The notes below the pieces were generated by a model, which made no database searches, was not told where the DNA came from, and was given only the letters and a program-made list of their open reading frames with translations. The position numbers were made by a program, and so were the translations under genes. Shown here piece after piece: positions 56,997 to 64,000 of a DNA stretch of 64,000 nucleotides. The stretch spans positions 11,053 through 75,052 of the forward strand of contig JAERTI010000036.1 of NCBI GenBank assembly GCA_016844925.1, written 5' to 3'. This DNA is from Candidatus Uhrbacteria bacterium. GTDB lineage: Bacteria > Patescibacteriota > Patescibacteriia > UBA9934 > GWF2-40-263. How positions within the stretch are numbered: position 1 is the stretch's first letter; every line of letters starts with the position of its first letter.

Positions 56997-59021
56997 ATGG
57001 GCGCTCGAAAGCTGAAGATCGCAGGGGGCGGCATCGACCGTTCCGCACTGCGCAAGAACACGGACGCGTACCTACGCTGGGTGGACATGTTCATCGAGCT
57101 GGCCAGCAACATCGAAGACGCTGGCGGCAACGAGGTCACCATCAAGTTCATGCGCATCAAGCGCAAGCTCTGTGTGCTGGTCTGGGGCAACGGCCCCGGC
57201 GTCATCAACTGGACTCCCTTCGTGAGCCTGCTGAACAGCCCCAGCGAGTCGGACCTGACCAAGCGTGGCAAGATGGGCTCGGGTTCCAAGTCCCCCCTGC
57301 GCCACGGCCAGGAGGTGACCTACCAGAGCCTGCGCCGCGGCGCCTCGCGCCTGCAGCAGCTCAGCTACACCGCCGAGCTGCTGGAGACCATTCTCCACGA
57401 CGGCGTGGAGCCCGAGCTGCTGGAGCTGGAGATCCCGGCCGGCTGCCCCCTGACCGGGAGCGGTCTGCTGGTGACCATCACGGGCATCGGCAAGGGGCCG
57501 TCGCAGTACGTCGACCCCAAGGAGGACCGCTCGTTCAAGCGGGCCATGGAGGACTACTCCACCCTGGCCTCGCGTTCGCTCGCGCACATGACCACGTTCA
57601 TCGACGAGCGTGGGCACAAGCACCAGGTCAAGCCCCGTGAGCTCGACGGCGAGCTCATCGAGCTGACCGGGGAGATCCCCGGTCTGGGCCCCATCGGCGC
57701 GCACGTGTCGGTGGCCAGCAAGCCCAACCGCCAGGAGCGCCTCTCGGTGTGGTCGCACGACCGCGCCTGCACCATGGGAGAGTTCCTGCGCCAGGCGGCG
57801 CGCATCCCGTCCAACCGTGATCTGGCCCTGCGCCTGCTCAAGGTCCTGGACGTCCCGCTCGTGCTCGGCGAGGTGAGCTGCAAGGGCTTCGGTCCGCACC
57901 ACGTCCGTGGGGCCAACACCGGCTTCATGCAGAGCCTGTACAACGACGAGGAGACCGTCTTCCTGTTCCTGCAGTGGCTGCAGGACAACCTGGTGCCCAA
58001 GGTGCTCGCCATCATGGGAGCTCCCGAGCCGGAGCAGGAGACCACCGACTCGGACCTGTGCCGAGAGCTGGTGCAGCGCTTCCAGCAGATCGGCGGCGCT
58101 CCCGAGGACGACACGGACACGCACGACCTGAACACCACGCAGCTGTCCACCGACCCCACGGTCATCACCCTGGAGTGCGGAGACGACTGCTGGATCACGC
58201 TCGGAGGAGCGCCTGAGGGTGCCTCTGTGCGGTGGGATGCCAAGAGCAGCGGAGGCTCGCTCAACCGCACCAGCGGCAAGCGCGTGCACTTCACCGCTGG
58301 CACGGACCGTGGCAAGTACAGGCTGTACATCCACGTGAACAAGGTCGTCCACGCGGTGCAGGTGGAGCTGTTCACCCGCCTGACCCCCAAGCTGCGTCAG
58401 CGCACCCGCACGGGCGCGCCCGACCAGATCATCACCTGGACCCTGGACCACACCGGTCACATCAAGGGCAAGGTGCAGTGGCGTCTGAACCCGCAAGACG
58501 CGGGAACGCTGGAGATCGCCGAGGACACCTTCTCGTGCAGGCACCGCCTGCCGGGCGTGACCACCAAGCCCATCGAGATCTTCCCCACGGGGAAGCTCGA
58601 CGACGGCACGAACATGAACCTCAAGGGCATGGTCATGGTGGCCCCCCGTTCGACCAAGCCGAGGGAATCCACGCCGCGCAAGCGGTCGGCTGTGGAGTGG
58701 ACGCTCGACGGCCACACCTACGCCCTGAAGATGTTCCGCGGCGGAGCGTCCAAGGACCTCGAGTCCTGCATGGTCGACCCGCACGACGAGGAGCCCTACA
58801 CCACGATCTTCATCAACCTGGCGCATCCCAAGTTCCAGGGCTCGGCCACCACGCGTCAGCGGGTGGCCGAGGTGGAGATCGCGGACGCCATCTCGGGTGA
58901 CGAGATGCGTCGCAAGCAGACGAACCTGCGCACCCGCAGGACGCTCAGCGCCGAGGACATGCTCCAGACCGTGCGCGAGCGTGCCAACGAGCTCTTCGTC
59001 CAGCTGATCCAGCTGGGCTAG
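56997..59021 (+). CDS. Degenerate GHKL (MORC/Hsp90/MutL-like) ATPase-domain protein
   Basis: ELASNIEDAG (N box), WGNGPG (G1), GKMGSGSKS (G2), GSGLLVTI; Ig-like beta region follows. Confidence 0.65.
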   Translation: MGARKLKIAGGGIDRSALRKNTDAYLRWVDMFIELASNIEDAGGNEVTIKFMRIKRKLCVLVWGNGPGVINWTPFVSLLNSPSESDLTKRGKMGSGSKSPLRHGQEVTYQSLRRGASRLQQLSYTAELLETILHDGVEPELLELEIPAGCPLTGSGLLVTITGIGKGPSQYVDPKEDRSFKRAMEDYSTLASRSLAHMTTFIDERGHKHQVKPRELDGELIELTGEIPGLGPIGAHVSVASKPNRQERLSVWSHDRACTMGEFLRQAARIPSNRDLALRLLKVLDVPLVLGEVSCKGFGPHHVRGANTGFMQSLYNDEETVFLFLQWLQDNLVPKVLAIMGAPEPEQETTDSDLCRELVQRFQQIGGAPEDDTDTHDLNTTQLSTDPTVITLECGDDCWITLGGAPEGASVRWDAKSSGGSLNRTSGKRVHFTAGTDRGKYRLYIHVNKVVHAVQVELFTRLTPKLRQRTRTGAPDQIITWTLDHTGHIKGKVQWRLNPQDAGTLEIAEDTFSCRHRLPGVTTKPIEIFPTGKLDDGTNMNLKGMVMVAPRSTKPRESTPRKRSAVEWTLDGHTYALKMFRGGASKDLESCMVDPHDEEPYTTIFINLAHPKFQGSATTRQRVAEVEIADAISGDEMRRKQTNLRTRRTLSAEDMLQTVRERANELFVQLIQLG

Positions 59022-59050
59022 AGCCGGTCGAGCCACAAAGCACGACCAAC

Positions 59051-59109
59051 CCCCGACAACGCAACGTCGGGGTTTTTTCATTGACAAAAACACCCAGGAC
59101 AGCTACCCT
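59051..59109 (+). terminator. Terminator fused to tig promoter
   Basis: CCCCGAC-AACGCAAC-GTCGGGG-TTTTTT, then TTGACA(59081)-17-TACCCT. Confidence 0.7.
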
Positions 59110-59135
59110 CCGGGCGTTATTTACTCCCATTTATT

Positions 59136-60428
59136 ATGCCAAACGTAGAAATCGAGAACTTGGAAAAAAACCAAGTAAAGCTCACATTTACCGTGAGTGC
59201 TGAAGAAGCTAAGCCCTACATGGAAGAAGCGGCGAAGGCCATCTCTCAGCAGACCAAGATCCCGGGCTTCCGCCCAGGAAAGGCTGATTATGAAGTGGTT
59301 AAGCAGCGCGTTGGAGAAATGAAGCTTTTAGAAGAGGCTCTTCAGAGCATCATCCGCAAGTCTTTCGTTTCAGCCGTGCTCGAGCATGACATCGACACTG
59401 TGGGCTCCCCACAAATTGACGTCGGTAAGCTCGCCCCAGGAAACGACATCGAGTTCACCGCTGTGGTAACAAAGATGCCACAAACCACTGAGCTCGCTGA
59501 CTTTGCAAAACTCACCGTGAAGAAGCAGACACCTGAGGTGAAGGACGAAGAGATCGACACTGCCCTGCGTGACGTACAGCGCATGCAGACCAAAGAAGTG
59601 CGTGGTACAGCCGAGGAGGCCGTTACCATCGAGGACAAGGTGGTCGTATCCATGAACATGAAGCTCGAGGGCGTGCCTGTGGAAGGTGGTCAGTCACCAA
59701 ACCACGCCATCTACTTGAACGAGGACTACTACATCCCAGGTCTGAAGGACCAGGTGGTCGGGCTCAAGGAAGGTGAGGAGAAGACCTTTACCCTCCCGTT
59801 CCCAGAGAACCACGTGCAGGACATGCTTGCAGGAAAGGACGTTGAGTTTGAGGTAAAAGTGAAGGAACTCTTCCACCTGCAGCCACCAGAACTCGATGAC
59901 GAGTTCGCTAAGGGCCTTGGCATGAAGGACATGGCCATGCTCCGCGAGACCGTTCAGAAAAACTTGCTCACAGAAAAAGAAGGAGAGGCTCGTGCAAGTG
60001 AAGAACGTGAGATGCTTGAGGCTGTGGCAAAGAAATCAAAGTTTGAAGACATTCCAGATCTGCTCATCAACGAGGAGATCCACAAGATGATCGAGGAGCT
60101 CAAGCGCGCTGTGGAGTCACAGGGGCTCGAGTTCGACACGTACCTGCAGAACATGAACAAGACCCTGCCGCAGATGAAGATCGACTTCTCTCCGCAGGCC
60201 CTCATGCGCATCAAGGTCGCCTTGGCTATGCGCGCTGTGGCGAAACAGGAAAAGATCGCTGTGGAGGAAGCAGAGCTCGATGCAGAGCTCGACCGCATTG
60301 CTGAGCAGTACAAAGAAAATAAAGAAGCACAGCAGCAAATCTTCTCCCCACAGCACCGCGACTACATGGAGCAGATCCTGCGCAACCGCAAGGTCATCGA
60401 GTTCCTCCGTGGCGCTATGGTCAAATAG
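59136..60428 (+). CDS. tig: Trigger factor
   Basis: IPGFRPGKA, FKBP domain, PELDDEFAK. Confidence 0.95.
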   Translation: MPNVEIENLEKNQVKLTFTVSAEEAKPYMEEAAKAISQQTKIPGFRPGKADYEVVKQRVGEMKLLEEALQSIIRKSFVSAVLEHDIDTVGSPQIDVGKLAPGNDIEFTAVVTKMPQTTELADFAKLTVKKQTPEVKDEEIDTALRDVQRMQTKEVRGTAEEAVTIEDKVVVSMNMKLEGVPVEGGQSPNHAIYLNEDYYIPGLKDQVVGLKEGEEKTFTLPFPENHVQDMLAGKDVEFEVKVKELFHLQPPELDDEFAKGLGMKDMAMLRETVQKNLLTEKEGEARASEEREMLEAVAKKSKFEDIPDLLINEEIHKMIEELKRAVESQGLEFDTYLQNMNKTLPQMKIDFSPQALMRIKVALAMRAVAKQEKIAVEEAELDAELDRIAEQYKENKEAQQQIFSPQHRDYMEQILRNRKVIEFLRGAMVK

Positions 60429-60487
60429 ACCATCTAGGCAAAAAAGAATGAACAGTGATAGAGTGGTTAAACCACTCTATTTGTTTT

Positions 60488-61282
60488 ATGAGCCCAGCAG
60501 ACATCGCACAAAAAGCCGCACGAAAGGCCGGTTCGCTCATTCTTGAAGCGTTCCCTTGTCATAAAAATGTGCAGTTAAAAGAGGATTGTTCTCCTGTCAC
60601 AGAAACAGACCACGCCAGCCATGAACTGATTTCGCGCCTCATCTTAGACCAATTCCCAGGACACACCATCTTAAGCGAAGAGCAGCCTGGCGCGCTTGAA
60701 ACCCCTATTACCAATGAACCAACATGGGTCCTTGACCCCATCGACGGAACAAGCAACTTTATTGCGGGTATTCCTTTGTTTGCTGTGGCTATTGCCTATT
60801 TAGAAAACCGTGAGACCAAGATGGGTCTCATTTTTGATCCTTTGCACGATGAGATGTTCGTAGCCGTCGCGGGAGAAGGCGCAACACTCAACGGAGAGGC
60901 TATTCACGTGAGCGACAAACCGTCCGCGCGAGGAGCTATGTTGTTTGCAGGAAGGGGATACAAGGACCGCGACCAGGATCGTCATGGCCAAATCATCTAC
61001 GCCCTTGAGCAGCAAACAACGTACTTCCGCCGGCTCGGAACCGCCGCACTCATGCTCTCTTCTGTGGCTGCTGGCCGAGCAGACAGCGTCATCCTCACAG
61101 GATCAAAATCCTGGGACGTCGTCGCCGGTGCCCTCCTCATCCAGGAAGCTGGTGGGAAGATCACGGACTACTGCGGCAAGGCATGGACCTTGGACAGCGA
61201 AGACATGGTCGCCACCAACGGCCGTCTCCATGACCAACTAGTAGACATCACAAAAATCCAAGACGGGGCAAAATGCCTATGA
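60488..61282 (+). CDS. suhB: Inositol monophosphatase family protein
   Basis: WVLDPIDGTSNF, WDVVAGALLIQEAGG. Confidence 0.9.
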   Translation: MSPADIAQKAARKAGSLILEAFPCHKNVQLKEDCSPVTETDHASHELISRLILDQFPGHTILSEEQPGALETPITNEPTWVLDPIDGTSNFIAGIPLFAVAIAYLENRETKMGLIFDPLHDEMFVAVAGEGATLNGEAIHVSDKPSARGAMLFAGRGYKDRDQDRHGQIIYALEQQTTYFRRLGTAALMLSSVAAGRADSVILTGSKSWDVVAGALLIQEAGGKITDYCGKAWTLDSEDMVATNGRLHDQLVDITKIQDGAKCL

Positions 61283-61500
61283 TGCTCACCTGCCACGTCC
61301 GCCCAGGAGCACGCGAGAATCGCGTCGAGTGGCTGAGTGATACTGAGGCGAAGGTGTGGCTAACTGCCGCACCAGAGAAGGGGAAGGCGAATAAGGCACT
61401 GATCGATCTGCTGGCAAAGGATCTAGGGATCGCCAAGAGTCGAATCGAGATCAAGTACGGAAAGACGGCAAAGGTGAAGACCCTTGAAATTGATACATAA
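61279..61500 (+). CDS. DUF167/YggU family protein
   Basis: VRPGA...AAPEKGKANKALI...G...K.K. Confidence 0.88.
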   Translation: MMLTCHVRPGARENRVEWLSDTEAKVWLTAAPEKGKANKALIDLLAKDLGIAKSRIEIKYGKTAKVKTLEIDT

Positions 61501-61510
61501 AAACCACCGT

Positions 61511-61792
61511 TTAGACGGTGGTTTTTATTTTGCTCTTTTCTGGCGGCTCATCAACTCCTCCTTGATTAAACGGATTGCATCTCAGGATGCGCCACGCTGT
61601 CAGGACACCTCCCTTCATCACCCCATGATCCTCGATGCACTTATACCCATATTGTGAACAGGTGGGATAAAAGCGGCAGTAGCCTTGGGGATAGAGCTTA
61701 CTGGGAAGTCCGTGATCAAATGAAAGGGTCTTTTGGTACAGACGAATCACGCCCAGCAACGCGAGACGGGGGAGAGCGAAGACCCATCTCAT
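61511..61792 (-). CDS. yidD: Membrane protein insertion efficiency factor
   Basis: [10 protein letters not shown]...[11 protein letters not shown]. Confidence 0.93.
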   Translation of the reverse strand: MRWVFALPRLALLGVIRLYQKTLSFDHGLPSKLYPQGYCRFYPTCSQYGYKCIEDHGVMKGGVLTAWRILRCNPFNQGGVDEPPEKSKIKTTV

Positions 61793-62130
61793 ACAAGCAA
61801 CTTCGCCTTGTCCAAGGTCTTCATGAGCTGCTCTTCGATTTCACTCGACTTCTTTCCAACAGCTTCTTTGCGAACAATGAGGAGGACGTCATACCCAGGA
61901 ACAATCTCATCTAAATGACTATGCACAATTGTGCGCACTTGCCGCTTCACACGGTTTCGGTCAACAGCCTTTTTGGAGACTTTTACCCCCGCCGCTACAG
62001 CAAAACGAGAAACGTTCAGATCGTTCTTTTGTGCCTTCACTCCCACGTACATACCAAAGACGCTCTTGCCTTTGGCAGAGAGCGTTTTGATATCCTTATC
62101 TGATTTTAGCCTATGCGCCTGAGGCAACAT
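61789..62130 (-). CDS. rnpA: Ribonuclease P protein component
   Basis: MLP..HRL; [14 protein letters not shown]. Confidence 0.93.
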   Translation of the reverse strand: MLPQAHRLKSDKDIKTLSAKGKSVFGMYVGVKAQKNDLNVSRFAVAAGVKVSKKAVDRNRVKRQVRTIVHSHLDEIVPGYDVLLIVRKEAVGKKSSEIEEQLMKTLDKAKLLV

Positions 62131-62131
62131 A

Positions 62132-62269
62132 TTACGCACTAAGCTGCTTGCGACCCTTTGCACGGCGACGCTTGAGAACGTTCTTGCCGCCTGGGGTAGC
62201 CATGCGTGCGCGGAAGCCGTGCACCTTGGCACGCTGCTTCGTCTTTGGCTGGTGAGTTCGTTTAGGCAT
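62132..62269 (-). CDS. rpmH: 50S ribosomal protein L34
   Basis: Not in the ORF track (45 aa): [45 protein letters not shown]. Confidence 0.95.
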   Translation of the reverse strand: MPKRTHQPKTKQRAKVHGFRARMATPGGKNVLKRRRAKGRKQLSA

Positions 62270-62299
62270 ATATTTTTACGAGGAAACTGTAACACATTT

Positions 62300-62440
62300 A
62301 AAGCATCGAGATGCTAACACACTATCCACAGATGATCAACCCATATACACAGTTGCACCCCACTTGCCCACATGTGGATAGATGATCTAAACTACACGGC
62401 ACGTGTAACTTTTTAGGAGGATTTTTGCCCTTCATTCATA
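62300..62440. promoter_or_regulatory. rpmH-dnaA intergenic region with DnaA-box-like 9-mers (oriC part or dnaA autoregulation)
   Basis: CTATCCACA at 62322, ATATACACA at 62343, TTGCCCACA at 62364, TGTGGATAG at 62373. Confidence 0.65.
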
Positions 62441-62450
62441 CTCGCACCCT

Positions 62451-63863
62451 ATGAATACCAATGAACTTTGGCAAGCTGTACTCGGTGAGCTTGAACTTAC
62501 CCTCAGTAAAGCCAACTTTACCACCTGGTTTAAACACACATTCATTTCACATGTGGATGAAAACTCTGTGGTCATTGGTGTTCCAAACATGTTTACCAAA
62601 GCATGGCTTGAAAAGAAATATTCGAAGGAGATCCTTCGTTCACTGCAGGAACTTTCAAACAACTCTATTAAGCAGCTAACTTATCGCGTCGAGGCGCGAC
62701 CAGCTGCCCCACAGGCTGTCCCCGTTTTTGAAAAAGAAAAGGCACCAGAGCCTGCACCATCATACGCCCAGCCAACACACTACGGGCAAACACACACCCA
62801 TACACACGCGGCTCCAGTAAAAGAAATCCGTACGGGTGAATTCTCACTTAATGGGAAGTACTGCTTCGGTACCTTTATTGTTGGTAAACAAAATGAACTT
62901 GCCCACGCCGCCTCTCAAGCTGTGAGCACACAGCCGGGCGGTGTTTATAATCCACTATTTATCTACGGCGGTGTAGGACTGGGGAAAACACACCTCCTCC
63001 AAGCGATCGGAAACGAGTTGATGCGCAAAAACCCTAATACAAAGATCCTTTACGTTACTTGTGAGCGTTTCACCAACGACTTCATTGGTGCACTGCGATC
63101 AAACCGCATTAACGAATTCAAGAACCGTTACCGCACTGTGGATGTTTTGTTAGTAGATGACATTCAGTTCATTACGGGTAAAGAGGGGACGCAGGAGGAG
63201 TTCTTCCACACGTTCAACCAGCTCTATCAAAACAATAAACAGATTGTCATCTCGTCAGACCGACCTCCTAAGGCGATCCCTGCACTGGAGGACCGGCTCG
63301 TCTCCCGCTTTGAGTGCGGCATGCTCGCAGACGTTGGTTCACCAGATTTTGAGACGCGCTGCGCTATTTTGGACACAAAATGTAGGGAAAAACAGTATCA
63401 AATGGAGCGAGAGATCATGCATCACGTTGCCACTGTTGTGCAGACAAACGTACGTGAGCTCGAAGGGGCGCTCAATAAAATCATCGCGTTCCACCAATTC
63501 AAGAACGCTCGCCCAACACTCGACACCGTAAAACCGATCCTCACAAGCTTCCAGCCAGCGTCCATTCGAAAGAGTGTCACGCCAAAACAACTGATCCAGA
63601 CTGTGGCTGTCTACTTCGACATTCAAATAGAAGACCTTCTTGGAAAGAGCCGACAAAAACGCCTCGCATTCCCTCGCCAAATTGTGATGTACCTCATGCG
63701 AGAGGAAATGAAGTCCTCCTATCCATCTATTGGTACTGAACTTGGAGGCCGCGACCACACCACCGCCATGCACGCGTACGACAAAATCTCGAACTGTCTG
63801 TTGGAAGATGAAAAATTGCAGCACGACCTAGAGCTCATCAAACAAAAGATGTACGCCATGTAA
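62451..63863 (+). CDS. dnaA: Chromosomal replication initiator DnaA
   Basis: YNPLFIYGGVGLGKTHL, DDIQF, QEEFFHTFN, RELEGAL, GGRDHTT. Confidence 0.98.
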   Translation: MNTNELWQAVLGELELTLSKANFTTWFKHTFISHVDENSVVIGVPNMFTKAWLEKKYSKEILRSLQELSNNSIKQLTYRVEARPAAPQAVPVFEKEKAPEPAPSYAQPTHYGQTHTHTHAAPVKEIRTGEFSLNGKYCFGTFIVGKQNELAHAASQAVSTQPGGVYNPLFIYGGVGLGKTHLLQAIGNELMRKNPNTKILYVTCERFTNDFIGALRSNRINEFKNRYRTVDVLLVDDIQFITGKEGTQEEFFHTFNQLYQNNKQIVISSDRPPKAIPALEDRLVSRFECGMLADVGSPDFETRCAILDTKCREKQYQMEREIMHHVATVVQTNVRELEGALNKIIAFHQFKNARPTLDTVKPILTSFQPASIRKSVTPKQLIQTVAVYFDIQIEDLLGKSRQKRLAFPRQIVMYLMREEMKSSYPSIGTELGGRDHTTAMHAYDKISNCLLEDEKLQHDLELIKQKMYAM

Positions 63864-64000
63864 AAACGCACTCCACAAGTTTCCCACGGGGATGAGATGG
63901 GGAAGAGGGTGTCCATAGCTATGTGTATGACACCGTTGATATGTGGGTACAACTCACCCTCCCCTTAGGACCCCTAAAGATATCCTCCCATCACCCACAG
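63864..64000. promoter_or_regulatory. Probable oriC segment downstream of dnaA
   Basis: Non-coding; several degenerate (T)CCACA/TGTG boxes; position typical of a dnaA-dnaN origin. Confidence 0.45.

Noticed and set aside
48383-59093. Long antisense ORFs (48383-49861 +, 52014-53843 -, 55665-56921 -, 57072-59093 -)
   Set aside because: Typical stop-free mirrors of high-GC3 genes; no SD, promoter or recognisable motifs.
1-64000. CRISPR array, rRNA genes, IS elements, prophage
   Set aside because: No regularly spaced repeats, rRNA signatures, transposase motifs or phage structural genes were seen.
1-64000. Alternative genetic code (TGA=Gly as in Gracilibacteria)
   Set aside because: Conserved genes are full length under code 11, and several (holA, dksA-like, suhB) end at TGA at expected positions.

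Overview
This is the origin-proximal region of a bacterial chromosome. It is most likely Patescibacteria/CPR (ABY1, Uhrbacteria-like), inferred from gene content and CPR-type surface proteins; the genetic code is standard. The backbone is housekeeping: rmuC, rpsT, holA, polA, a xerC/D-like recombinase, dsbA, rpsO, NYN, pnp, dksA-like, lspA, comM, uppS, LysM-M23, rnhB, hppA, tig, suhB, yidD-rnpA-rpmH-dnaA, three tRNAs and a surface-protein operon. Interleaved is a second population of about 22 GC-rich, mostly orphan genes. Nearly all have a strong Shine-Dalgarno site, which most core genes here lack, and most have their own TTGAC-17-TANNNT promoter and intrinsic terminator. They include a divergent RelA/SpoT-like synthetase, a KhpA-like KH protein with a broken GxxG loop, and an 11-kb block (48-59 kb) of HTH/coiled-coil proteins, a methyltransferase-like protein and a degenerate GHKL ATPase. 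Other highlights are a ~390-nt structured intergenic RNA candidate with its own promoter, a palindromic operator and upstream DnaA boxes; a hairpin-rich 168-bp element duplicating the tRNA-His 3' end; and an SD-sequestering pnp leader hairpin. All family calls are by-eye motif recognition; no database searches were run.
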